NCBI GenBank assembly: GCA_044236265.1
Contig: JBIIGV010000029.1
Location: forward strand, 1-28,585
Direction: 5' to 3'
DNA length: 28,585 nucleotides
From: Oligoflexales bacterium
GTDB taxonomy: Bacteria > Bdellovibrionota_B > Oligoflexia > Oligoflexales > RGVZ01
This document shows positions 17,870 to 25,589 of the stretch, in pieces; position 1 is the stretch's first letter, and each line of letters begins with the position of its first letter. Position numbers and translations under genes: made by a program. The notes below the pieces were generated by a model that searched no databases, was not told where the DNA came from, and worked only from the letters and a program-made list of their open reading frames with translations.

Positions 17870-17897
17870 AGATCGGCTTACGGGAGTGAAGTCTTTA
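17870..17897 (-). promoter_or_regulatory. Putative sigma28 (FliA)-type promoter
   Basis: Minus strand TAAAG... TAAA-N16-GCCGATCT, 21 nt upstream of ATG 17848. Confidence 0.55.
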
Positions 17898-17959
17898 GAG
17901 GGCTTTGAGTTCTATAATTAATTCTTTAATTTCGCTGTCTTACGCGAATATCTCGGAGC

Positions 17960-18349
17960 TCATTTACGAGCCACTGAGCCCCTCGACTTATTCCAGGAAA
18001 TTGTGACATTTTCGCCCCAATCCGTCGAAAAAACGAGTGTTGACGGCTTTAACTTACCATCCGAGGCGGGTAGTGAACATCGCCACTCGCCGGCAATCAT
18101 ACCCATACCGTCAGCGTACCATCCCGCATCCCAAACGTGTTTAATTGATCCCTTTGCTGGAATTGGTTTTGTCGTCATTTCAATTTTTTCACCCTTCCAA
18201 CTTGACGATTTTTCAAGCGTGCAAGTTAAGACCACGGGTGAGGAGTCAAAGTTTTTAAACGTCCAAACAGTCGGAGTGTTGCAGCAGGTCGCCGCAAAAA
18301 CTTGGGCTGAGAAAACAAACGGGCACAAAGCAAATAAAAATACTTTCAT
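17960..18349 (-). CDS. Small secreted hypothetical protein (129 aa, beta-rich, 4 Cys in the mature part)
   Basis: Start at ATG 18349 overlapping the fabH stop (TGATG); signal peptide MKVFLFALCPFVFSAQVFA. Confidence 0.75.
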   Translation of the reverse strand: MKVFLFALCPFVFSAQVFAATCCNTPTVWTFKNFDSSPVVLTCTLEKSSSWKGEKIEMTTKPIPAKGSIKHVWDAGWYADGMGMIAGEWRCSLPASDGKLKPSTLVFSTDWGENVTISWNKSRGSVARK

Positions 18350-19368
18350 CACGACCCCCACACAACCAGCGCCGCACCCCAAGTAAATCCAGCACCAAAG
18401 GCTGTCATCATGATCTTGTCGCCTGGCTTGACACGTCCTGCTCGCACGCACTCATCAAGAAGGGTGGGGATCGTTGCGGCCGATGTGTTTCCATACTTGT
18501 GGATGTTGTTGTAAATCTTTTCCGGAGGAATCTTCATACCAAGAGAGATGTATTCGTTAATCCTCAGGTTGGCTTGGTGAAACAACCATAGATCAATATC
18601 TGCAACACCGAGATTTTGATCCTTGAGCACTTCGTTGATCACTTCAGGCATGCGCGACACAGCATTTTTGAAGACAAAGCGCCCGTCCATGTAAGGGTTA
18701 TGTCCTGCTGTTTTTAGATGTTCTTCTTTTATCCAACGCCCACCCACCGCACTAGGATAGACAACACCCAGTTTATCTGTGTGTTTACCTTCCAAACGAG
18801 TAATGACCCGCCTGATACCAAACTCAGGATTTTTTGCAGGCTCTAGGATCACTGCGCCTGCTGCATCACCAAAAAGCACAGCAGTGTCACGACCGCGATC
18901 CGTCATATCAAGGGCTACACTTTGAATTTCAACACCAACGAGTAGGATTCTTTTATATTGACCAGAAGCTATGAGCGCTTGACCAACTTCGAGACCATAA
19001 ACAAATCCTGAGCACTGTGCCCGGATATCAAGACCCGGGGTGGTGTCGAGACCAAGCTTCGCCTGAAGAAATGAACATGTGCCCGGGAAAAACTGCTCGG
19101 GAGACAGTGTGGCCACCAAGATAAAATCAATGTCGGTCGGCTTTAGACCCGCCGCTGTGAGAGCTTTTTGAGACGCTTCAAGAGCAAGATCCGAGGGCGT
19201 AACACCTTCATCCACGTGGCGGCGTTCTTCAATTCCTGTTCGCTGGCGGATCCACTCGTCAGATGTATCCATAATCTTTGCGAGATCTTCGTTAGTAACA
19301 ACCCTAGGAGGTACAGCCATACCGGTGCCGGTCATAGCTACAGGAACAATGTGACGATTTGCGGTCAT
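18349..19368 (-). CDS. fabH: 3-oxoacyl-ACP synthase III
   Basis: DTSDEWIRQRTGIEERR, catalytic triad AQCSGF / FHQAN / YGNTSAA, LFGDAAGA, AFGAGFTWG. Start moved to ATG 19368 (SD GGAG). Confidence 0.95.
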   Translation of the reverse strand: MTANRHIVPVAMTGTGMAVPPRVVTNEDLAKIMDTSDEWIRQRTGIEERRHVDEGVTPSDLALEASQKALTAAGLKPTDIDFILVATLSPEQFFPGTCSFLQAKLGLDTTPGLDIRAQCSGFVYGLEVGQALIASGQYKRILLVGVEIQSVALDMTDRGRDTAVLFGDAAGAVILEPAKNPEFGIRRVITRLEGKHTDKLGVVYPSAVGGRWIKEEHLKTAGHNPYMDGRFVFKNAVSRMPEVINEVLKDQNLGVADIDLWLFHQANLRINEYISLGMKIPPEKIYNNIHKYGNTSAATIPTLLDECVRAGRVKPGDKIMMTAFGAGFTWGAALVVWGS

Positions 19369-19432
19369 AGTAGGGTGCTCCAACGATGTACTGAAGCAGG
19401 GATTATGGCTTAAATCCAAGGAATTTCCAACT

Positions 19433-19454
19433 AAAACGGCCCGTTTCCGGGCCG
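19433..19454 (-). terminator. Intrinsic terminator closing the thioredoxin/DUF4266 operon
   Basis: Minus strand CGGCCCG-GAAA-CGGGCCG-TTTT, 27 nt after the stop at 19482. Confidence 0.75.
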
Positions 19455-19481
19455 CTTCATTATCATGATGGATGTCAGTAA

Positions 19482-20498
19482 TTATTGGCACATAGAGCTT
19501 AGACCGCTCGGCAGACCACCAGAAGAGTTCTTAACGACCTTACCAGTTCGATCCACCAACAGGAAGGTTGGCGTCGACGTCACAGAGAAGTTAAACAGAC
19601 GTCCAAATGCTGAGTGACCACTGGCGTACTCGTATGAATGCGAGGCAGTCCAGCTGTTTTGAGAGACTACGTCTTTCCAATCAGACAGCTGATCCGGAGG
19701 AATGACTGTCATAAATGTGCACTTACTGGAACCACTGAATAAAGACTTAAACTGACTGTCGGTATCAAGCCTCTGCGCCATCGTTACACAAGGACCACAG
19801 CCAGGCCTCGAAAAGTCAACCAACAGGTACTGCTTTGAGAAAACCTCAGATAGGGCGATCTCACCAGACCCACTGCCGAGTTTAACATTCAAGTTGGCTG
19901 GCAATGCCGCTGGGCCCTGCGTCTGCGGCGTGGTTTGCGGCGTGGTTTGCGGAGTGGTTTGCGGAGTTGTTTGCGGCGTCGTCTGAGGGGTTGTACCCAA
20001 GTCAGATACCGTTTGCTTTTCTGGTAAACCAAGTTTGCGACCAGCATCAGTGATCAGAAGTGACAACGAAAGGGGAATTTTGTCATCTTTCGTCATCTGA
20101 GCAGTAATGCGACTCGCTTTGGCCGGCGCATAGTAGACGTCACTCATTTTGGTCGGGTTTGACACATTATCAAGTTTTCCCAATTCAACAGTGACATCAT
20201 AGTCACAACCTTTACGAATTTTTTCCTGAATACTTACCAACTTCGTGGCAACGATATATTGCTTAATCTTTGTTGCTTCAGGGCAAGCTGCGTCAACCGG
20301 AGCAATCATCAGGTGCATACCGTTGACTGGCTTTGAGCCGTCGGACGCCACGAGCGTTTCAACAGCCGGAAGCTTCACGTTTACGCTAGAAACGCGACTC
20401 GCCGTACCACGCATGTCACTTGAATTGTAGGCGGGCACGCAGGAAACAACCATCATCAAAGATGCGAGAACACCCATTCCTGTAACGTTATAGAACAT
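19482..20498 (-). CDS. Two-domain lipoprotein: unknown N-domain, (TTPQ)6 linker, C-terminal TlpA/thioredoxin-like domain (CGPC)
   Basis: Lipobox MVVSC; LLVDFSRPGCGPC; cis-Pro loop VTSTPTFLLVDRTGKV. Start ATG 20498 after GGAGGT, overlapping the upstream gene by 11 bp. Confidence 0.85.
   Translation of the reverse strand: MFYNVTGMGVLASLMMVVSCVPAYNSSDMRGTASRVSSVNVKLPAVETLVASDGSKPVNGMHLMIAPVDAACPEATKIKQYIVATKLVSIQEKIRKGCDYDVTVELGKLDNVSNPTKMSDVYYAPAKASRITAQMTKDDKIPLSLSLLITDAGRKLGLPEKQTVSDLGTTPQTTPQTTPQTTPQTTPQTTPQTQGPAALPANLNVKLGSGSGEIALSEVFSKQYLLVDFSRPGCGPCVTMAQRLDTDSQFKSLFSGSSKCTFMTVIPPDQLSDWKDVVSQNSWTASHSYEYASGHSAFGRLFNFSVTSTPTFLLVDRTGKVVKNSSGGLPSGLSSMCQ
19923..19994. repeat. Imperfect 12-bp tandem repeat x6 encoding (TTPQ)6
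   Basis: Units such as TTGCGGCGTGGT and TTGCGGAGTGGT differ only at synonymous positions. Confidence 0.92.
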
Positions 20499-21522
20499 AC
20501 TTACCTCCAATTCCAACATGACCAATCAACGAATCCGACTCGGTACTTTGATAGCGACCAATAAACCCATAAATCTCAGACACATTTTCTGTCACTGGCC
20601 CTGTTACATGACGCCAGCGCAGACGCAGCTGAGAGGAACTAGAATTTCTATCAATGGTGGGGGACTCGAGAGATCGTGGCGTTTCTGTTTCCCAATGCAA
20701 CCGATGTACCACAGCACCAATCCAACGATCAGACAGATGCTGGTGCAGCTGTCCCTCGACACCGCGGCCACGGATTTGACCGTAGTCAGTGTTTTGCTTG
20801 ACTCCATTGCGGTCATTTAATGCCGCTAGTTTCAAATGAATGGCTGTACGTGTTTCTGATAAAAAGTAGCGGCCCTCAAGGCTACCGGAATCAGCAACAG
20901 GACGATCTGAGCTCGTTGATAGGGTGCCTCTCGCCATCACCATGGCATAGGTTGTCGCGAGCCAGGTTAAACCAAGCGTATAGTTTTTACCGGAAACGTG
21001 GGATGGGGTAAGCACCCGCAGGCCGTCCGTATCCGTGTAGTCGCGCACTTTACGCTCGGTTCCGGATTGGGTCACCTCAAGCGTCGTTAGAATCGTGGCC
21101 TTGTTCCACCATTGACCGCCACGAATGGACGTGTAGCGATTCATCGTTTTACCTGTATTCGTAGCTAGACTGTATCCATAGGACGCACCAATGGTGGTCA
21201 GCTGATCAATCGTCTGGTCAACGTTAACGCTGCCCCGTCGCTCAAGCGTTAGCATGTCTTTGCCATACTCATCTGGCCCATATGATTCTAAAAGAGTTTG
21301 TTGGGCCATGATCTGGGTGGAGTACCCAGATTCCGCAAGGTGATCACCCGTGTGCATCACACTTGCAGTTGCGAGCGTGTCTTTATATTTGGATCCGACA
21401 AAACGCGTGGCTGAGGCGTCAAATACTGTTTCATTTAAAGCCATGGCAGTGGGCTGCCAAGCCATAAATAAAACCGTGCTCACGGTCGAGATTTTACCGG
21501 CAAGTCGGGCAAGCGCTACCAC
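20488..21522 (-). CDS. Probable outer-membrane beta-barrel protein, positional and likely remote homologue of DUF3570
   Basis: Signal peptide ending AMA; alternating amphipathic strands rich in T/S/Y/G/R; C-terminal HVGIGGKYVL resembles a beta-signal. Likely GTG start at 21522 inside the 3' end of the DUF4266-like gene, after GGAGGT. Confidence 0.65.
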   Translation of the reverse strand: MVALARLAGKISTVSTVLFMAWQPTAMALNETVFDASATRFVGSKYKDTLATASVMHTGDHLAESGYSTQIMAQQTLLESYGPDEYGKDMLTLERRGSVNVDQTIDQLTTIGASYGYSLATNTGKTMNRYTSIRGGQWWNKATILTTLEVTQSGTERKVRDYTDTDGLRVLTPSHVSGKNYTLGLTWLATTYAMVMARGTLSTSSDRPVADSGSLEGRYFLSETRTAIHLKLAALNDRNGVKQNTDYGQIRGRGVEGQLHQHLSDRWIGAVVHRLHWETETPRSLESPTIDRNSSSSQLRLRWRHVTGPVTENVSEIYGFIGRYQSTESDSLIGHVGIGGKYVL

Positions 21523-21712
21523 TGCTACCTCCACCGGAAATGGACGAACGTTCATATTTCACAGCGGCATTGCCGATAGCAGCATCGGACATACTACCGG
21601 TTTTTGCTGGATCCATGGTCGGATCTAGTAAATGGCCTTTATTGAGCGAAATGCCTGGGTAAACACACCCAGTAAGACTCAATACAGTGATGATCGTGAG
21701 CAAATACTTCAT
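21494..21712 (-). CDS. Small DUF4266-like lipoprotein with a C-terminal Gly-rich tether and CPTC
   Basis: Lipobox LTGC; KGHLLDPTM and KYERSSISGGGSSGSACPTCR parallel the DUF4266 pattern (RG.LA...M ... RE...G.G.GGGCGCN); sits between TlpA and the barrel gene. Confidence 0.72.
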   Translation of the reverse strand: MKYLLTIITVLSLTGCVYPGISLNKGHLLDPTMDPAKTGSMSDAAIGNAAVKYERSSISGGGSSGSACPTCR

Positions 21713-21718
21713 GTCGAC

Positions 21719-22219
21719 TTAAGCACCTTTCTTTAAGAGGCTTTCAAGTTCTTGCTGAGAGGGATGTCCCTTAAAACGCTTCAGGATAGTCCCGTCCTTT
21801 TTAGCAACGATCACATACGGCAAACTGTCTACCTTCGATGCTTCAGCGAAATATTTGCCAGAGTCATCCAAGTAGGATTTTGATAAGGCAAACTTGGCCG
21901 CGTCAGGTTTATTGGCAAAAAACTTAAGAGCCACATCTTTGGTCTCATCAAGTGAGACCGAAACATATGCTACCTTCGGAAAGCTTTCGAGCGTCTTGCC
22001 GAGTTGGCTCATAACCGTACCGCATCCAGTGCACCAGGACGCCCAGAATTGATAGATGACGAGATCACCCTTATCAACACCGGCAAGCTGACCGGAGCCT
22101 GACAGGGCTGGAAGAGGCTTGGAAGGCTTGGCAAGCATATCGCCTGCGGCGAACGTATCACTAGCCGAAATAAGTAATCCAAGTGCTAAAAGAAAGGATG
22201 AAAGCGATAAATTTTTCAT
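21719..22219 (-). CDS. Periplasmic TlpA/ResA-family thiol-disulfide oxidoreductase
   Basis: Sec signal peptide; IYQFWASWCTGC, VSVSLDE, VDSLPYVIVAKKDGTI...FKG. Confidence 0.9.
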   Translation of the reverse strand: MKNLSLSSFLLALGLLISASDTFAAGDMLAKPSKPLPALSGSGQLAGVDKGDLVIYQFWASWCTGCGTVMSQLGKTLESFPKVAYVSVSLDETKDVALKFFANKPDAAKFALSKSYLDDSGKYFAEASKVDSLPYVIVAKKDGTILKRFKGHPSQQELESLLKKGA

Positions 22220-22249
22220 AAGTTGTTACTCCGTGAGGTCAGACAAGAA

Positions 22250-22831
22250 TTACTGATTCAATGCCTTGGCAACAGCGGCTTCAACACCCTTATAGGCTTC
22301 ATCTTGATTCAAAATCTGGCCCTTGCCGTCTTTGGCAACCAGAATGTACACACCAAAATATTGAGTCGTCTTGGATCTAACTTTCTTAATCACAGCAAGC
22401 GAGTCATCTATGACGTAAGGCGCATTGGCCGCAAAGGTTCGAGTAAAGGTTGAATATTCCGCTGCCGTATACTCAGACGCTTTGTTGGGGAAAATCACCA
22501 TGCGACTGACTTTAGAGCCGTACTTGGAAAGTGCCGAGGCTACATAAGGTCCCTCAGTTTTGCAGGACTCGCAGGTCACACCAGCAAATTGAAAAACAGT
22601 TAAATCAGCGGTGGACTTGGCTGCAATCGAAGCCAAAGACACCATACCTGAACCTTGAAGAACCATGAGTGATGATGCGCCAATATCAGCCAGGGAGGAT
22701 GTCTGGGTGTTCTGCTGAGTCGTCGTATTCGTTGGAGGTTGTGGGCGATTTCCCGAGTCCTTGGCCGCTGGAGGCTGGCAACTAACTAACATCGAGATCA
22801 AAGACGCATGCATTGCCAACTTAATCAACAT
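22250..22831 (-). CDS. Lipoprotein with a divergent thioredoxin/redoxin fold (CESC)
   Basis: SD AAGGAG; lipobox LVSC; P/T/Q linker; TVFQFAGVTCESCKTE, YVIDD, YILVAKDGK. Confidence 0.78.
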   Translation of the reverse strand: MLIKLAMHASLISMLVSCQPPAAKDSGNRPQPPTNTTTQQNTQTSSLADIGASSLMVLQGSGMVSLASIAAKSTADLTVFQFAGVTCESCKTEGPYVASALSKYGSKVSRMVIFPNKASEYTAAEYSTFTRTFAANAPYVIDDSLAVIKKVRSKTTQYFGVYILVAKDGKGQILNQDEAYKGVEAAVAKALNQ

Positions 22832-22861
22832 AACTCAATCTCCTTTGCTTTGGACTTTGGT

Positions 22862-22880
22862 TTGGTGTTGGAAACACCAA
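22862..22880 (-). other. 8-bp stem hairpin at the predicted transcription start of the operon
   Basis: TTGGTGTT-GGA-AACACCAA, beginning about 11-12 nt downstream of the -12 GC. Confidence 0.5.
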
Positions 22881-22890
22881 GAAAAATTAG

Positions 22891-22907
22891 AGCAATAAAC
22901 GTTCCAG
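22891..22907 (-). promoter_or_regulatory. Putative sigma54 (-24/-12) promoter of the five-gene thioredoxin operon
   Basis: Minus strand CTGGAACGTTTATTGCT, one mismatch to TGGCACG-N4-TTGCW, exact spacing. Confidence 0.7.
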
Positions 22908-23183
22908 ACCGCCAAGGGGCTGCAACCCCTAATAATCAATGCCTTTGGCAACTTGCACCCCTCAAACCAGCCGTCAAAAGCTTTGACAGTGTCAATCTCG
23001 AAGGCTAATCCGGCATGTGGGCTTGATTTTGACCAAAGACATCTTAAGTTAAGAATATCATGGCAGTGCCCCTAGACCACGGGGTAACTTCTACCCACGG
23101 ACAACTGCGGTGTAGGTGCCTTACAATCAATGGAGAGATCGGGAGGCGTTTGCCCCCTATCAGAGCATCGGAGGCTCGCTAAT

Positions 23184-25559
23184 ATGTCGGATAGACAAGC
23201 GGCTGAAAAATCAGCCGAAAAAATTTCGGATCGGTCCACAGAAAAACCGTCTGCTGAACCTGCGGCAGGGATGCATGAGTCAGCCCCGCATCAAACCCAG
23301 GCTGCTGCCCCGGCAAGGTCCGGGCACCTCTCGGCTGCCGCCAGCAAACTAGCCAGGATCCACACAGAGCGCTACCTGAACCGAGAGCTTAGTTGGCTTG
23401 AGTTCAACTCTCGCGTTTTGGAAGAAGCCCTAAACCATTCTGTTCCCCTGCTTGAGCGCTTGAAGTTTGTCAGCATCTTCATGGGTAACCTCGATGAGTT
23501 TTTCATGGTGCGCGTCGCCGGCCTGCGCAAGATGGTTCAGGAAGACATCAAATCGGGAAGTGATTCACCTGACGAACTACCAGGGGAAGACATTCTTGCG
23601 CAAATTCGTCTCCGTGTTTTGGAGATGACCGGGATCGCCTACGATGCACTTCTCCACGACATCCTACCTGCACTTTCTAACGAAGGAATTGAAATCGTAT
23701 CGGTAACGCAATTGCCGGCAGACGCAAGGACAAGCTTGTCACAATACTTCAGTGACAACGTTCTGCCCGTATTAACGCCCTTGGCCGTAGATCCGGCCCA
23801 CCCATTTCCATTTTTAACCAATCTTGCACAGTATCTTGTAGTGCTATTCAAAGACGTCAACTACCACAGCCAGCTGGGAGCGCCACCAATCGGACTAGTG
23901 GAAATTCCATCTGTATTACCACGTCTAATTCCGGTGTCATGGAAAGCTGACAAAAAACAGTTTGTACTACTGGAGGACCTGGTCAAAGCCAACATCGGTA
24001 AGCTTTTTATGGGATACGAACTGGCTGACGCGCATCCTGTTCGTGTGACCAGAAATCTTGACTATACACTTCTTGAAAACGAAGTGGTCGACTTACTGAA
24101 ATCCGTTCAGCGCGAGCTTACCAATCGCGAACATCAAGAAGCAGTGCGACTTGAACTCGGTGGAAAGCTCCCCAAAAGTGTCATTGAAATATTAAAGCGT
24201 GAGCTACATGTGACAAACAAGGAGATCTACGAGTCTCCAGAACCCTTGCTGATACCGGGTTTGATGACGCTTTACCATCTGCCGATGCCAAACCTCAAAG
24301 ATCCTGCGTTTAACCCGCGTCTGCCCATGCAGATGATGAGTAACGAGGATCTATTTGCCCTGATCAGTCGCGAAGATATCCTGTTGCACCATCCCTACGA
24401 CAGCTTTTACCCGGTCGTCGAATTGCTTCAGGTTGCCGCTCACGATCCAAACGTATTGGCGATTAAGCAGACCCTTTACCGCAGTGGCGGTGACAGTCCC
24501 ATCATTGAAGCTCTGATCGGCGCGGCAGAAAACGGCAAACAAGTCACTGTGGTGGTTGAATTAAAAGCCAGATTTGACGAGAAGAACAATATTTCTTGGG
24601 CGCGCCGTCTAGAGCGCGCCGGCGTCAACGTGGTCTTTGGGTTTATTGGTTTAAAAACACACGCCAAAGCCACGCTAGTTGTGCGCCGAGAGGGAAATAA
24701 ACTCGCACGTTACGTGCACCTGTCGACGGGAAACTACAATTCAAATACGGCAAAACTTTATACGGACGTCGGGTTTTTCAGCGCTAATCCAGACCTGGCT
24801 GATGACGTTGGGCAGCTATTCAACATTTTAACGGGCTTTAACATTCTGACTGGCGAGGCAAAGCTACGTAGAAAGCACATTGTCCCGAACCTGAAAAAGC
24901 TACTCATCGCACCGATTACCTTGAGACCAAAACTGCTGGATATGATCAAGCGCGAGATCCAGTTCAAAAAAGAGGGCGGAAAAGCCGGCATCATCATCAA
25001 GGTCAATGCTGTAACCGATAAAGAACTCATTGATGCGCTGTACGAAGCGAGCCAGGCTGGTGTCGAGGTTCACCTGATCGTGCGCGGCATGTGCTGCTTG
25101 CGTCCTGGAGTCAAAGGACTATCTGAAAACATATACGTGACGTCGATCATTGACCGTTTTCTCGAACACAGTCGCATTTACTTCTTCTATGCCGGCGGCA
25201 AAAAGGAAGTTTACATGGCAAGTGCCGATATGAGCCCTCGTAACATGGATCGAAGGGTCGAAGTTTGTTTCCCACTCGAGTCTAACGATGTCAAAGAGCA
25301 TGTCACCAACCACATCTTGGCGACCTATCTTTCCGACAACACCAAAGCCTGGCTACTGTGCCCAGATGGCAGCTACATCAGACGCCAGCGCGGAAGCCAC
25401 GAAAAAGAAGTCAGATCCCAGCAAAAGTTTATTGAGCTGGCCCGTGACTACGGTATCAAATCGATTCCGTACGAAATGGCTATCCGCCACAACACGGTTA
25501 AGGAAAAAGGCACCAGACCTGTAGCCAAATCAAAGAAAACCCAAGTGAAAGACCACTAA
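23184..25559 (+). CDS. ppk1: Polyphosphate kinase 1
   Basis: YLNRELSWLEFNSRVL, NLDEFFMVRVAG, DPAHPFPF, LLHHPYDSF, IKQTLYR, ELKARFDE, GLKTHAK, HLSTGNYN, RFLEHSRI. Start ATG 23184 preferred (SD GGAGG); 23130 possible. Confidence 0.97.
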   Translation: MSDRQAAEKSAEKISDRSTEKPSAEPAAGMHESAPHQTQAAAPARSGHLSAAASKLARIHTERYLNRELSWLEFNSRVLEEALNHSVPLLERLKFVSIFMGNLDEFFMVRVAGLRKMVQEDIKSGSDSPDELPGEDILAQIRLRVLEMTGIAYDALLHDILPALSNEGIEIVSVTQLPADARTSLSQYFSDNVLPVLTPLAVDPAHPFPFLTNLAQYLVVLFKDVNYHSQLGAPPIGLVEIPSVLPRLIPVSWKADKKQFVLLEDLVKANIGKLFMGYELADAHPVRVTRNLDYTLLENEVVDLLKSVQRELTNREHQEAVRLELGGKLPKSVIEILKRELHVTNKEIYESPEPLLIPGLMTLYHLPMPNLKDPAFNPRLPMQMMSNEDLFALISREDILLHHPYDSFYPVVELLQVAAHDPNVLAIKQTLYRSGGDSPIIEALIGAAENGKQVTVVVELKARFDEKNNISWARRLERAGVNVVFGFIGLKTHAKATLVVRREGNKLARYVHLSTGNYNSNTAKLYTDVGFFSANPDLADDVGQLFNILTGFNILTGEAKLRRKHIVPNLKKLLIAPITLRPKLLDMIKREIQFKKEGGKAGIIIKVNAVTDKELIDALYEASQAGVEVHLIVRGMCCLRPGVKGLSENIYVTSIIDRFLEHSRIYFFYAGGKKEVYMASADMSPRNMDRRVEVCFPLESNDVKEHVTNHILATYLSDNTKAWLLCPDGSYIRRQRGSHEKEVRSQQKFIELARDYGIKSIPYEMAIRHNTVKEKGTRPVAKSKKTQVKDH

Positions 25560-25589
25560 CAGCATTGTGCACAAATTTCAGGAGACCCT

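Noticed and set aside
18350..18451. Cys-rich N-terminal extension of the 17960 ORF
   Set aside because: It is an alternative frame of the fabH 3' end; the TGATG overlap at 18349 gives a clean signal peptide.
8483..19368. fabG4-like, dehydratase, OYE and fabH as one biosynthetic cluster
   Set aside because: They lie in separate transcription units interrupted by typA and orphan genes; there is no ACP, PKS or tailoring set.
19369..19491. 41-aa N-terminal extension of FabH given by the ORF track
   Set aside because: It runs through the upstream operon's terminator; ATG 19368 has a GGAG SD and gives a normal FabH length.
23060..23160. Riboswitch in the ppk1 leader
   Set aside because: Only short imperfect stems; I recognise no riboswitch consensus. 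An Rfam scan would settle it.
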